Shown: positions 11,500-24,853, counted from the stretch's first letter. The stretch: 64,000 nt of DNA from Takakia lepidozioides (GCA_030704615.1 CM060732.1:60822001-60886000), one strand, 5' to 3'. Made by a program: numbers and translations. Notes: generated by a model from the sequence alone, not told the origin.

Positions 11500-11815
11500 A
11501 TTAGAGGCAAGTATGACCTTGGCGGTGTGGCGGTGAGATTTTTTCGTAGGTGGATAGGTGTCCCAGGGGGAGTGCTGATGAGACCAAAAGCAATGGCCAG
11601 CTTTTCACTGTTCTGGCAGAGAACCTGTTCCTTTCTATCCTCATCCACATCATGCAGCACAACGCTAGTACTGGGCGTATATCCTGCCTCCTTCATAAGC
11701 AGAGTCAGACTGTCCGACTCGGCATAGATTGCATCTGTTGGTGGATGTGATTTATCTCCCACAACAAATGTATGTGCCTTGTTCTTCACCTCAATCGAGC
11801 TGTGGCCTGGCGTCG
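11500..11815 (-). pseudogene. Isolated, inactivated DYW domain fragment
   Basis: PGHSSIEVKNKAHTFVVGDKSHP...GYTPSTSVVLHDV...[20 protein letters not shown]. The His of HxE is changed to Asn, and RVCGDC is deleted with a frameshift. Confidence 0.85.
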
Positions 11816-12010
11816 ATGTAGTAATTGACTGCGGTCCGGCCCCAGTTGATGAAGTACTGGTTGATCAACATGTGCGGCTCACAAAAACTGCACTACTGAC
11901 TGTGAAAGAAAGTGACATGGATATACTGTTCCAGACAAAGAATTACAGATTATCACCTTTCCACCATCACATTCAACATGGCACACTTTGTTTTGAGCAT
12001 GTTGCTTATT

Positions 12011-15000
12011 TCACCAGTAATCCCCACAAGAACAAACACCATCATGGAAGTGGTGGAAACGGTTGGCATCTCGTATAACAAGTGCTCGCCGAACAATCTT
12101 TGAGATGAACTTGATGGCAGTGTGGCAATCACCACACACCCGAAGGTTTTTAGTCACGTAAATAGGTGTCTGAGGGGGCGTGCTGATGAGCCCAAATGCA
12201 ATGGCCAGCTTTTCACTGTGATGGCAAAGAGAAAATACCTTTTGCTCTTCTTCCAAATCAAGCAACACAAAGCGTGTGTCTGGCACATATCCGTCCTCCC
12301 GCAAATGCCTAGTCAATCTCTTTAGCTCATCATGGATCTCCCTGATTCGTGGATGCAGTGTGTCCTCAGCAACGAATCTGTGCACCAGGTTATTGACCTC
12401 AATGCAGCTGTAGCCTGGCTCCTTTCTGACACCTCTGTCCTCCATTATTTTTCTCACCTTTGCTTTATCATCCCACTTGCCCGCTGCAGCATAGATATTC
12501 GACAGCATCACATAAGCTGCAGGATGCTGAGGATCCAACTCAAGAATGCATTTGGCTGCTTGTTCTGCTAGCTCCACCTTGCCATGGATTCTGCAGGCAC
12601 CAAGCAAGGGGCCCCACACAGAAGAATCTGGTGTAATCGGCATTTTTTTAATAAATTCCTCTGCCTCATCCAATCGCCCCGCACGGCCAAGGAGGTCCAC
12701 CATACAGCCAAAGTGCTCCACTGCAGGTGTAAGATGTTGACTCATGGAATCAAAGTAGTGACGGCCTTCATCCACTAAGCCTGCATGGCTACATGCAGAG
12801 AGAACAGATGTAAAGGTGATACTGCTTGGCTTCAAGCCTTCCTGCTGCATTTCTTCGAATAGTTGCAGGGACTCCCTACCAAACCCATGCTGCGCAGATC
12901 CCGCGATCATTGCACTCCATGACACGGAATCTCTTTTGCTCATCCTGTCAAACACATATCGTGCATCCCTTATACTCCCACATTTCGCATACATATTAAC
13001 AATGGTATTGTCCAAATTAACAGATGATGCAATTCCAGATTTGGTGACGTCAGCATGGATCTCTTTGCCCTTTGCCAGGCCTCCTAGAGCAGCGCACACA
13101 TCGAGAATGCAAAGGAAAGTTACACTGTTGGGCGTCAGCCCTTCCTGTTGCATTTCTTCATACATCTTGAAAGCCTCCCCAACACAACCACACTGGCCAT
13201 ATCCTGAGATCATGGCATTCCATGCAACCACATCTCGTTTACCCATATTGTCGAATACTTGTCGTGCCTGCTTTATGCTCCTGCATTTGGCATACATAAC
13301 AACAAGAGCAGTCCCCACACAGACATCTGACTCAAAGTCAGATTTCATGATGTGACTATGGACCCATTGGCACCCTTCCAGGACTCCTAGACTAGCACAT
13401 GCATCAACAATGCTGATGCAAATGTCCTTATCAGGCATAATGCCTGCTCTTTCCATTTGACGAAAGAATTCCAAAGCTTGCTCAGCATGACCGTGCTGAG
13501 CACATCCTGCAATTATTGCATTCCATGACATCACATTTTGTTGCGGCATTTTGGAGAACACTATCTGTGCATCCACAGGACTCCTGCACTTGCAATACAT
13601 GTTAACAAGGGCACTCCCAACTAGCACATCTGACTCAAATCCAGCTCTGATGATGTCTGCATGAAGCTTCTTTCCCTGTTCTATAAATACTGGACTTGCA
13701 CATGCGGTGAGGATGCTCATGAACGTGATCACATTTGGTTCCATGCCTTCCTGCTGCATTTGTTGAAAGATTTCAAAAGCTTCTTCACTGTGCCCTTGCT
13801 GAGCAAACCCTGCAATGATCGCATTCCATGAAACCACATCTCTTTGACGCATTCCATTGAATACCTGGAGCGCATCTACTATACTCTCGCATTTGCAGTA
13901 CATGCTTACAAGGGCAGTCCCCACTTGAACATCTGATTCAAATCCAGCTTTGATGATCCCCGCATGGAGGCACTTGCCCTGTTCCAGCATTGCTGGGATG
14001 GCACATGTACTGAGGATGCTAATAAAAGTCACATTGTTTGGCTTCACTCCTTCCCGTTGCATTTGCTTAAAATGTTCCAATGCCTCTGCAACCAGTCCTT
14101 CCTGAGCTAATCCTGCAATCATCGCAGTCCATGAAATTACATTTCGTTGAAGCATTTTGTTGAACACTTGACGAGCATCTACCACACTCCCGCATCTGCA
14201 GTACATGCTGACCAGGGCATTCCCCACTTCGACATCCGACTCAAATTGAGCTTCGATGATGCTCGCGTGGACTCTCTTCCCCTGATTCAGAGTTGCTGGG
14301 ATGGTACATGCATTGAGGATGCTGATGAAAGTCACTTTGTTTCGCTTCACACCTACTATGTGCATTTGCTCAAAGAGTTCGAATGCATCTTCGCCGTGCC
14401 CTTGCTGTGCTAATCCTGCAATCATCGCATTCCACGAGATGACATCTCGTTCAGGCACTTTGTCGAACACCTGGCGTGCATCAACAGCAGACCCGCACTT
14501 GCAGTACATGCTGACGAGGGCACTCCCCACTCGGACTTCTGACTCCAATTCAGCTTTAATGATGCACTCATGGAGCCACTTGCCCTGTTCGAGAGCTGCT
14601 AATCCGACACATGCATTGAGGATGCTAATGAACGTGACCTTGTTCGGCTTGACGCCGTCTCGTTGCATGTCCTCGAAAAATTTAAAAGCCTCTGCATGGT
14701 GCCCTTTCTGAGCAAGTCCTGAAATCATCGCAGTCCATGAGATCACATTCCGTTTGGGCATTTTGTTGAACACTCGGCGGGCATCCAGAATACTCCCGCA
14801 CTTCACATACATGCTGACAAGGGTGTTTCCCATGAAGAGGTCTGGCTCAAATCCACTTCCCATGATGTGGGCATGGACGCCTTTGCCAACTGACAGAGAT
14901 TTGGTCTTACCACATTCCTGTAAAAGACGGGCGCATGTCTCGGAGTAGGCACGAAAGCCTCGTTGTTGCATGAGATCCAGCATGTCCACTGCATCCTTCA

Positions 15001-15277
15001 ATCCTCCCACATGGCAGAAGGAGTTCAAATCCCGACCAATTTCGCAGGCCCCCATGTTGGTTTGCTCCCAGTTACCCCTTAGCCGTGGCCCTCCATGAAG
15101 AGTAGTGGTGATGGTCGTGCCAAGAATCATGCCAACGTTGCCCCCAGTCTGGTGCCCAACAGACACCTGGTTCATCTTCCACAACTGAAACTCCTCCGCC
15201 CTGCATGATGTGAAAGAGCGTAGTGACCAGAATGTACTGGGAAATGAATGTCGTGCCTCTAGCGGCATTAGGTACAT
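12011..15277 (-). CDS. Large PLS-class PPR-E-DYW RNA editing factor, 1088 aa, with a probable organellar transit peptide
   Basis: Intronless ORF with a long regular PLS array, PG box [23 protein letters not shown] and DYW end. The N-terminus is S/R/F-rich. The exact start Met is uncertain. Confidence 0.95.
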   Translation of the reverse strand: MYLMPLEARHSFPSTFWSLRSFTSCRAEEFQLWKMNQVSVGHQTGGNVGMILGTTITTTLHGGPRLRGNWEQTNMGACEIGRDLNSFCHVGGLKDAVDMLDLMQQRGFRAYSETCARLLQECGKTKSLSVGKGVHAHIMGSGFEPDLFMGNTLVSMYVKCGSILDARRVFNKMPKRNVISWTAMISGLAQKGHHAEAFKFFEDMQRDGVKPNKVTFISILNACVGLAALEQGKWLHECIIKAELESEVRVGSALVSMYCKCGSAVDARQVFDKVPERDVISWNAMIAGLAQQGHGEDAFELFEQMHIVGVKRNKVTFISILNACTIPATLNQGKRVHASIIEAQFESDVEVGNALVSMYCRCGSVVDARQVFNKMLQRNVISWTAMIAGLAQEGLVAEALEHFKQMQREGVKPNNVTFISILSTCAIPAMLEQGKCLHAGIIKAGFESDVQVGTALVSMYCKCESIVDALQVFNGMRQRDVVSWNAIIAGFAQQGHSEEAFEIFQQMQQEGMEPNVITFMSILTACASPVFIEQGKKLHADIIRAGFESDVLVGSALVNMYCKCRSPVDAQIVFSKMPQQNVMSWNAIIAGCAQHGHAEQALEFFRQMERAGIMPDKDICISIVDACASLGVLEGCQWVHSHIMKSDFESDVCVGTALVVMYAKCRSIKQARQVFDNMGKRDVVAWNAMISGYGQCGCVGEAFKMYEEMQQEGLTPNSVTFLCILDVCAALGGLAKGKEIHADVTKSGIASSVNLDNTIVNMYAKCGSIRDARYVFDRMSKRDSVSWSAMIAGSAQHGFGRESLQLFEEMQQEGLKPSSITFTSVLSACSHAGLVDEGRHYFDSMSQHLTPAVEHFGCMVDLLGRAGRLDEAEEFIKKMPITPDSSVWGPLLGACRIHGKVELAEQAAKCILELDPQHPAAYVMLSNIYAAAGKWDDKAKVRKIMEDRGVRKEPGYSCIEVNNLVHRFVAEDTLHPRIREIHDELKRLTRHLREDGYVPDTRFVLLDLEEEQKVFSLCHHSEKLAIAFGLISTPPQTPIYVTKNLRVCGDCHTAIKFISKIVRRALVIRDANRFHHFHDGVCSCGDYW

Positions 15278-15436
15278 CCTTGCTCACGAGCCATGGGGGT
15301 AGGAGAGAGACAGCTTTCTTTAGACTTCCATACTTGCTCCAAGTATGCTTCTGTTGGAAAGAAAATGGGGACATGCCATAAGCACTTGTATGAGTCAGAT
15401 TATACACCCTGAAAATTTGTGAGAAGGGTGAGTAGA

Positions 15437-15722
15437 AGGCGATTTGATCTTGTCCTTCACAAGTGGTTGACAGCAGGTAAGTTGTACAGCTGACTATTTG
15501 ATAATCACTTGCTTGGTAATCTTTGTACCCCAGATGCAGAGATATTCTATGCAGTTACAAATCACGCATGTGTGGGGTAGAAGCTCCGAGAAAAGCTGTT
15601 AAGTTATTGCAGTAGAGGGCAGCTCACTCTGTCTCTCATGCCGCACGAGACATGGTAAACATAAACAAACAGGTGGACACAGAAAGAAACAGAAAACAGG
15701 AAACATATAGAATTGTGCACCC
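15437..15722 (-). repeat. ~260-280-bp repeat upstream of the second PPR gene, inverted copy of 9404-9662
   Basis: Direct alignment with the reverse complement of 9404-9662. Confidence 0.85.
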
Positions 15723-17249
15723 AGTTTCAACAGAGCTAGCGTCAATTTGATTTCAAACATAATCTGATTCTTGGGCTCTGGTATATCTGATATAAGAGAC
15801 CATTGCTGGGCCACATCACATTGGGTTACCACCAGGAAATGGGGGTTTGGGTTTTCAATGAAATCACCATGTCCAATGGACTTCAGAGAATTTCCGCCTG
15901 GAGCGGCGACTTAAACATGTGTCAGATGAACTTGAAACCTGAAGCCTATATCTACCCGCACATTTGTGTCAACCAAACAGTTCTAGCATAATGGTGTAAT
16001 GAGACTGGTGTGATCCAGTGCAGGAATTTTTTGTGGGCAATTTCATAGAAGTTCCGGGTGAGACTAGTCCAGGGAGATATGTTGTGAAAATGAAAACATG
16101 TTTCGGGTTCTTGCCTCATCCTCTAAATGCTAATTAGAGCTCTATGACACTTTTGATCTAGTTTCCCACTTCAAACCTGCTGCTCAACCATTGAGAAATT
16201 CCTTGAGCAATCTCCCGTTGCCCGAATACTTACCCAGAATAGGGGTGGCAACTACATGGAAACAATGTCTTTTAGGTGTAATCTCAGTGTTCGTAGGTCT
16301 ATGTATAGACCCCAAAGAGAGATGGAGTCTCATACCTGCACCCAGTGGGTATTGCAATGGCTTATGAGATGCTTAGAAGTCAGTTCAATTGTCCTGCCTA
16401 TGTGATTGCCTTACCACTCTGCATACCTATTAGCTAAAGTGGAGAAAGGAACCAACCCAAAAGCAGCTTCAAATCTGTCCGTGTTAGTGCATTTCTCATA
16501 GAGAAAAGTGGTTGGACTGATTCTAACTTAGTTTACAAAAGAAGACCAAAGCACAAATTTCCAATTCATCTTCTATGTATACTTGATAACGATCAGCATA
16601 GCTTAAATCCTGAAACCACAGAGCAACTCTTTCCACATGAATATATCACCCCCAACAATGAAGACCTCTAATAGTCTAGAGAGTATGAATGAGGGTTTCT
16701 TTAGGACAAAGGCCTGGACAGCTAGTAAATATCTCCTGTTGAAGTTACAAACATGCACTCCTCACAGTGGAGCAGATGTCGGCAGATAGACAACTGGTTG
16801 AGGCACACCAAATTACTCTGCTTCAAATATTGAATATACAATACAAATTAAAATGGAAACAAACACAGGTTCAATGATTACAAAGATAAATTGAATGCAA
16901 AGAGATTGGGTGCTACAGCTTTTTACAGCCCCAAATGATATTTACAGTTAGGCAATGCCTGGTAGGCACTTATCAAGTCCATCCACGTCAACAAGGGAGA
17001 GAGGAAGGGCAGGCTCATAGTTCTTATTTCAAATAGACCTGACCCCTACACATCCATCAATTCCCGAGTAAGGTCTTAGGGTCAAGAACTCTAACCCAAA
17101 GTGTTATTCCGAACCTAGCCTTCCAAGTTATGGATGGTAGGACGAGTGGCAGAGCTCAGTTGCCCTAGGCAAGCTCACCCACATTGTATAAAAAAAGATG
17201 GGAGGAGCTGGTGGATGGACGATAAGACCCAAGATCATGCAAGACCGAG

Positions 17250-20200
17250 TCAAGGGTCAGCATGGCCTGCCATCTCTTCATCACTCGACATGTATTCTTC
17301 ATCACTCACATCACCATCACTGCTGTCCTCCTCCGCACACCTACCTATGTCCTCGGCCTTGGCATACCTTTCACAATACTCTGCAGAGTTTTTCACAGCA
17401 CACCAAGCACAGCCACTTAGTGAATGGACATGCTTTAAACTACCGCCACAGAAGGCAGAGAAATGACTTCTTGAGAATTTGCTTCCCCTAGCCTTCTGGG
17501 CATGAGAGAATGTACTCATAAGACATTATTTGCCGTAGCCTTGTGGCCATTGACCCCGAACCCAGTTTGAGCGGAACGCAAAGAAACTACCTTTGTTGGG
17601 GGCTGATGCCAGTAGTATGACTTACTCTGGGCATGAGAGAGAGAGAGAGATTGTACTCATAAGACGTTGTCTGCCGTAGCCTTGTGGCCATTGACCCCGC
17701 GCTCAGTTTGAGCGAAACACATAGGGACAGAACCTACCTTTGTCAGGGGCTGACGCCGGTAGTAAGACTTACCTTGGAATAAACACTTAATCCAGGTTTT
17801 CCAGATATCCTCTAGAAATCCCTTCACACAAGCATCAATCTGCTGTGGGTGGTTTGCCCAATAACTAGGCCCCAAAAGGGCCTGGGCTTTTGGCTCAGCC
17901 TCGAGACTTTCAAAGTTGGTAAACCGAGGTACAGACACAATTCCCTGATAGATTTCAGGAGAGTCTCTCTCTGGTGAGAGAACCCCGGACAATGAATCAG
18001 AGAATGAATATTGCTTCAGGTTGCCCACACAACGGGCAATTGCACTCTCCCTTTCCTCTCTGCTTCTGTTTGCTGTTCAAAGGTAGGCTTCCCGCCCTTA
18101 GTTTAAATTTCAGTCTAGTGCCGGGAGTGGGGTAGACCCTTGAGGTCATCCATGATGTCCTCCCCCATGTCACAGACTGGAAACAAGTTCAGGCAAGTTT
18201 TCTGCCTAACTTCATTTTCATCAGACAATTTCCTGGCAAAGACATGGCACAAAGAGAGAGATTTTTTTTTACTCATAAGACGTTGTTTGCCGTAGCCTTG
18301 TGGCCATTGACCCCGCGCCCAGTTTGAGCGGGAACAAAAGGGACAGAACCTACCTATGTCAGGGGCTGACGTTGGTAGTAAGAGAGAGAGAGAGAGAGAC
18401 CTTTCACTTTTTGCTCGTAATGCTCGCGGTCACGCATCATGAGGGCAGCAGCCTCTCCATTCAAAGGATCCGTCGGATTTGGGTAAAGCAAGAGCTGAGG
18501 CAGAAAGACTTCAAACACGTTTATTAGGTCTGCACCAACCACCCACCACCATGAGACCCTACAATAGTAGTACAAAGTCATCCCCTTCAACAAGTGTTTC
18601 CCATAATTGCTGCCAAGCCCTCATTGCCAATGCTTCCGATAATGATGCAGTGGTGTCTAGTCTTCCTAGGCACTGCCTTTTCACAACTATAGCCAAGACT
18701 GAATGCCAATAGAAACGGTGTCTTGAAATAAACATGCATTTCAGACAGAAAATTCCTCACGGCAATAGGCTATTGGTACAAAATTAGTGACCATGCCATG
18801 TGGCGAAACAATATGTCATCATACTTTGTCTGCTCTTAACCTCCTGTGAACTATGTTGTTCCAAGCCTCAGGAATGGTAAACACATTATGTCAGCATTCC
18901 TCGAAGACTAGAAATGAATCCAACAATGTATGCTGATTTCTGGAAACCTCACGGTAAGAATGATCTGGGCACTCTTGAGTAACCCTAATCAGGTCATTAA
19001 TCTTTTCCAGCTCTGGTACTTCGCCGGTATTGCATTTGTAACACCCACAGATAATTCTCACAGTAAAACCCTAAACACCAATGACACCATTACAACCATT
19101 TCTAGAGAAAGAAAGAAGTATCTTACCAAACATGGGACTCCAGGTCTGATTGATGACATCCAAGCACACAGACCCTGACCTGCCAACACCGCATATTCCC
19201 CATCACTTACTACTGAATACTTTAGCTTGTCGCTAGTCACACGACTGATGAGAACCCGAGCACCTACAAAGCCATTCAGCTTTGCAACCTCCTCAACCTT
19301 TGGAATGAACCACAAACTAAGAAACATCCACAGTATTGACTTCTATTTATCCAATCAAATGACCTACAACACACATCTACTGGGCAGTCCTGCACCCAAG
19401 CTAGGTGCCATGCACTTGTGGACTCACCACAAGTCCTATTAGTAGCCCACATGAAAAACACACAAGCTTTCAATGCAATTATCAAAGAGCTCTCTTGACA
19501 ACACCCAGAATTGCAGGTATGTGCAGTGCCCCAAGGCCATGGAATTGATCTTGTTGGCCAAATAACCACAACCCCAGAGAGATGCAATCCACACTAAGTC
19601 AATAGTAGTTATTCGTAGCACGATATATACAGACGTCACTAATGCTCTAGTTTTCATACATCTGGATTGTCAGATTGTATCATTGGGCTTTTTACAAACA
19701 CAAAAGTGAGGGGGAGTTCGAGCTATTAATTTCAGACTGAATATCCTTTGGCAAACAGCCATGCAATTTGTAAGATCCCAAGTGAAGCCCTTTTGTTGTC
19801 CAAACTCTGTAGAAATTGGATGCCTTGAGGACTTCACCACACTTTTCATGACTTAAGGGGAAACATCACTCCATTGCTCAGAACAAAAGCGAAATGTTTT
19901 GATGCAGTAGTCTATGTGAAGAAACTAGCTCAGTGATAGATTGAAGACCATAAGCAAGACTTGGAGACATACATTTCATCCACATTGGGATGAAAGATCC
20001 TGTTGACAAAACCAATGGAGGGAGACTTGTAAGGATAAGCCTCCGGCAATTCAACTCGGATCTTCCAAGTCCCATCTTGGTACGGGCCTGCCACCCCCCA
20101 TATTCCCTCTCTCCACCATCAGGCCGCTTGTCAAAAAGACAAAGGGCCCTCCCAAAACTAACCCACACACAAGGTAAAATGCTGGAGCACCTCTATTTCA

Positions 20201-21237
20201 GCGAACCTACAGCTTTAACCAGTCTTCCTAGTTACAAAATACTACAACTTCACCAGGAAACTAGTGCTTTGGATTCCAATTTGACCTTCAAGATAATCAA
20301 ATGACTGCTAAACCTAAGCCTTCCCCAGGCATTTGTGAGGGAAGTGCCTCTAGATCAGCAGAGCGCTGTGACAATGTCTGTGAAAGAGAAAACCCTCTGC
20401 CATTTATCAGGAAACACCCACACTCCCCCACAATCTTTCATGAACGCAACAGAGTCTGCCTTCCTGTCTACCCTATCTCCCAATGAAAGGATCATAAATG
20501 TGGTGTGGCTTGTAAACTGTAAGAAACATATGGATCCATGATTGAATTCCACATGTTACATATCATGTAACACGTGTAAGCTACAGACTCTCGATTGCCT
20601 TATACCCATAAATAATGGAACTTGTGCAGGGGTGGAATGTTTTTGGACAGGACACAGCCCCCAAAGTGAGAAACATTTACCCCATGCAAACATTTGTGAA
20701 GATCATTCTGCCTCAGAACTGAGGCACAACCATAGCTCACAACCACCACTGACACACAGATATGGGCGTGAAAGTGGACAACATACTGTCTCGAGGCCCG
20801 TGAAACTCAACATAGAATTCACTCATTCCGTCATTCACCATCTCCACTTTGTAGTCACTCATCATCCTGTGCACAGACACAATCTTCAGATATCAGACTT
20901 CATATTGATATTTACTTGTCCTGCAGAAAATCACCATAGGTTACAGTTAGATGAGAGAGGAAGTGTGTGAGGGTGAGAGAGAGGGCCCACACCCAATTCT
21001 CATGCTGGAAGTAGATACAATTTTGAAGCCAAACGAATGGCTGACACATGCCAGTCGCCATAATAAGACGCTCCACTTCATCAGAACGAAGAACTCCCAG
21101 ACGGGAGCAACGGACACCAAGCCTACTTTAGGAAACTTAAGACCGGAGACTGACGAAAAAAGAGCCCGCTCAAGAGAATTGATCCAGCCTTACAGTTTCA
21201 TGACGTCCATTTCTCGCCGCTTGCTTGGGGACGACAT
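17250..21237 (-). CDS. UBC5: Ubiquitin-conjugating enzyme E2, UBC4/5/6 (UBE2H/Ubc8) group, copy A, 6 exons
   Basis: Exons 21194-21237, 20787-20866, 19973-20087, 19127-19179, 18401-18529, 17250-17380 with GT-AG introns. Protein: [22 protein letters not shown]...[26 protein letters not shown]...acidic tail AGHADP. Confidence 0.95.
17510..17625 (-). mobile_element. 5'-truncated LINE 3'-end copy with a 15-bp TSD
   Basis: TSD TCTGGGCATGAGAGA at 17495-17509 and 17626-17640. Homologous to the 3' end of the 17651-18240 element. Confidence 0.8.
17651..18240 (-). mobile_element. 5'-truncated LINE (ORF2 C-terminal CCHC knuckle plus 3' UTR)
   Basis: The minus strand reads [10 protein letters not shown]...[10 protein letters not shown]..(frameshift)..LIHCP...[14 protein letters not shown]. 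The 3' end GTCTTATGAGTACAA abuts (TC)n. Confidence 0.65.
18261..18381 (-). mobile_element. Third 5'-truncated copy of the same LINE 3' end, with an A-tail, inside a (GA)n tract
   Basis: Nearly identical to 17653-17765, flanked on both sides by AGAGAGAGA. Confidence 0.8.
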
Positions 21238-21618
21238 GGTGGAACACACCGGCAAACACCACCCTGCAACAATTACACAAAGATGCACAGTCTCCTTTGG
21301 GTGTCTCCCGCTCGATACCCCCAACCCCCCACCCGGGTTCCTCACAAACCCCAGCAGCGAGAGACGACGGTATAGGCAGCCCTAATCGGAGCGACACTGC
21401 ATCCCCATATACGCACACTGCACTGTTTTCACACTCTTCCCACACCAAACGTTCCAAGGCACTGCGCCCTTTTACTCCACGCTTTCCTCTTTCGTTACAC
21501 CCGGTTGCGATACCCAAGCATTCTCATCGAACGGCATCACCTGCAGAACGTGGACGGTGGAGAGGGAGAGCAGACAGCGAGCAAGAGAGCAAGTATGCAA
21601 ACAAGAACGCGGCCTTTG

Positions 21619-21640
21619 CACGAAAGGCCACGACGTACCA
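21619..21640. promoter_or_regulatory. 22-bp upstream element shared by both UBC paralogs (ACGT core)
   Basis: CACGAAAGGCCACGACGTACCA is identical at 21619-21640 and 28351-28372, 350-400 bp upstream of each ATG, in otherwise diverged DNA. Confidence 0.55.
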
Positions 21641-22749
21641 CTCTCTCTTTCACTCTTCAGACCCACCTCCACAACCCACCTGCACGCCTCTCAGAGAAAT
21701 GCTTCCCCAGCTTACTCTGTCCCTTACCCTTTCATGTGTCCACACCATTCCACCCAAGACCTGCAAACATCATCGTCTCTCTCATACTCCACTGCTCTGA
21801 CTGAAATTGTCTCATGGCATGATGCAATCTTACCTCATGCGTTCTGGAATCACCCGCTGTTGACCAACACTGCGGCTGACATCTTTCTACGAGACACCCA
21901 CGAAGCTCATCCACACCGACTTGACACACTGTCACACATAAAATGCTTGTGGGCCCCCGCACATGCACATAAGTTTTTGCAACGGACCATCGCTGCACGA
22001 GATTGGGTGCTTGCTGTTGACTGAGCATCGACACGAGAAACAAGTAGCTAAGGAGTCGAATAGTTTAGTTTAGCTTGCTTCCTTTCCTCCTTCTTTGTCC
22101 TTTCCCAGGTTTTGGGGTCTTTCTATCATATGTTCAAATACCTCATGTTTCCTGTAAATAAAGCTGTACAGGATTTCATCATAAGTAGCTTCCGTGTGGG
22201 TGGCTCGGAACCATTTGGATTCTCACACCATCTTTCTCTTTTTCTCATGCACCTCTTAAGCCAGTCCCATCTCTAACAACCAAGCACAGAAGCCCCAATA
22301 TTCTGGGCCAACAACTATGGAAATGAATGAGTACAAGGTGGTTGCTGTCTCGCTGAATCTGTGAAGTGCCTGTGATTCTTGGATTCTGTGAAGTGTGAAC
22401 CTGTGAAGTGTGAGCCTTCATGAATGTACTGAGGATACTTTGCTCTTGTGTTGTAAATTTCCAACTTCTGCTTGCACTGATGTAAATGAATTTGTAAGTT
22501 AGAAAGGTCTGAAGATGGTGTGCAGACATGTCTGGCAGATTCTGTGTTTGTTCATGGAACTAACTTACTCAGTGCAGCTCCTTTAGCCTTCTAGATTGAG
22601 GGAGAAAGAAAGAGAAAATTCATGACATTCTCAAGAGAGCTGATTCCAATGTTGATAATCGGATATTCAACAACAGGTCCTGCAGCTTACAGCTGTAATT
22701 CATGATTGACTGAAACGGTACATAGGGGCTCCAGGTTCCTCAACATGCA

Positions 22750-23850
22750 TTCTTTCTGTGGAAGCTTGGGATAGGAATAACCCGAAATAGCCTCCCCCCA
22801 TCACCTGCAAGTTCCTGGACGACCTGCAGATGAGAAGCAACTCTGCCTTGTCTCTGACTCAAACACTTCCCCTGATTGCCCTTCAGCTTCAAAGCAGGCG
22901 TCCCATCGGGGAGCTCTCTGTCCACCACCTTCTCTAGCTCATCCACTTCTGATTTGAAGAATCTCTCACCCTCCACCTCTGGACAGTCTTACAAACTCGG
23001 GTAAAACCCAACAAGCACGTTTTCAGAGTGCTCAAAAACTGGCACCCCAAGACAACCACAGATCTTAGTGGAAATAAGGAACAATATGTCCCTCTGGTAT
23101 AACAATCCAACGTTACAAGAGTAGACTCTGTACCGTCTTTCTTGATGTAGCAAACAAAATGGGGCTTTGTCGCACACATATTTCTGTTACTCTGGGCCTC
23201 TTTGATGAATAAGGTCCATTCTCTGGACTGTATACAACTGTTAGCTCCAGAACATTGCATACCTTCAAGGAACCATAGCTTAGGACCAAAATTCAGTTTG
23301 GATCAGTTTTTGGTGTCTGCTTGACTGCACCTGAGATTTCTGCAGTGGTCGAGGTGGGTGGCCAGTACATGTATGTCTCCCACATCAATCAGGGCGTTCA
23401 CAATCACGTATGAAAAGTGACCCCAGAATGCATCTGAACTGGTGGCTGGGGTTGCAGACTACTGCATAAGGGATTCCATTTAACGTACTCATATTGCCCA
23501 CGGCCAGACCCGTGCGTGTGTGCAAGAAAGAGGAAGACCAATCATAGCGAAGGATTTCCCTACCATGTTTGTAGAGCACACCAAGCTTCCTGCACAAAAG
23601 TCTTCACTGGTGTGGGGGAGAAAGCCCCTCTCTGAAGATTCAATGCTTCATGCCAACCTCGTTTTGAACCCTACTTTCTTCATCTCTGAAAGCTTCAGGA
23701 AATTAGACATCTCTCAACCACAGATTCAAGTGTCTTGTCAGCAAGATTTTCATGGCAGGCGGTAGTGCCCCGTATACAAACATCCACATAATATGGGCTC
23801 TACAGTGGTTTAACTGAGCTATAGTAGAACAGCAGATGCAAACCATGTGC
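22750..23850 (-). mobile_element. Possible highly degenerate LINE ORF2 remnant between the UBC paralogs
   Basis: Fragmentary W/C-rich peptides reminiscent of L1 C-termini. No intact motif. Confidence 0.25.
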
Positions 23851-24043
23851 ACTGAATGTTACGTACGAGGTTGAATCTGCCACTCACAGTCAACCTCAAC
23901 GAGGGAGCCAAATCCCGGCATTCCTAGTGAGGCAACAATCTCTTTAGCCAGAGTTATTTGAAGAGTTAACTATGGTTTTGAGTCTTTTCTAGGGTTTAAC
24001 AAAACCCTACAGCAGTTTCCGAAACACTCTTATAGCCAACACT

Positions 24044-24114
24044 TGGTTCCCGCTCAAACTGGGCGCGGGGTCAATGGCCACAAGGCTACGGCAAACAACG
24101 TCTTATGAGTACAA
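24044..24114 (+). mobile_element. 71-bp 5'-truncated LINE 3' end with a 16-bp TSD
   Basis: TSD TCTTATAGCCAACACT at 24028-24043 and 24115-24130. The insert ends GTCTTATGAGTACAA. Confidence 0.9.
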
Positions 24115-24853
24115 TCTTATAGCCAACACTCGTAGTTTCCAGAGATAGTTTAGCCTTATAAATTACAGCAATGACCGGTGTGGGATTCAATCTCACACCT
24201 CAACTGAAACCACAAACAATTCTTATAACATATTGCCCAAGCCCCTAAACTATAATAGAGGCATAGGCACATCAGTGTGCCTATCCGACAGCTAGGTGAG
24301 GGATTCACAGAGTGGGGTCATAAGAGAGACTAATGCGACCTTCTGATCCCTGCGGCTATAGAAAGTAGGTGACAATCAAACCTCCTCACCCAAAGTAAGA
24401 CACAAGTTACACCCAACCGGGAGAGACACATTCTGCTTTGGGATATTGAATATACAAACCAATTAAAAAAACCACACAGGTTCAACTAGATCACACAAGA
24501 AAAATGAATGGAATGAGACGAGGTGCTACAGCTCTTTACAGCCCCAAATGGTATTTACAGTTGGGCATTGCGTGGTAGCCAATTATCGAGTTCATTCATA
24601 TCGAGAGAGAGGAAGAGAGAGCCCCAGAGCTCTTATTCAAATAGACCTGTCCGCTATCCATTAACCAATTCCCAAAGAAGATCAGAGTGAAGAACTCTAT
24701 CCCCTGAGTGCTACCCTGTACCTAGCCTTCCACGTTTTGGATAGGAGTGAGTGGCAGAGCTCATTTCCCCAGGGGAAGCTCACCCACTTTGTTTCAAAAA
24801 GATGGGAGGAGCTGGTGCACGGACAATAAGACCCGAGATCATGAAAGACTGAG

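Noticed and set aside
5345-15277. U-to-C (DYW:KP-type) editing factors
   Set aside because: Both intact DYW domains have canonical PG boxes, HSEKLA and DYW termini of the C-to-U type.
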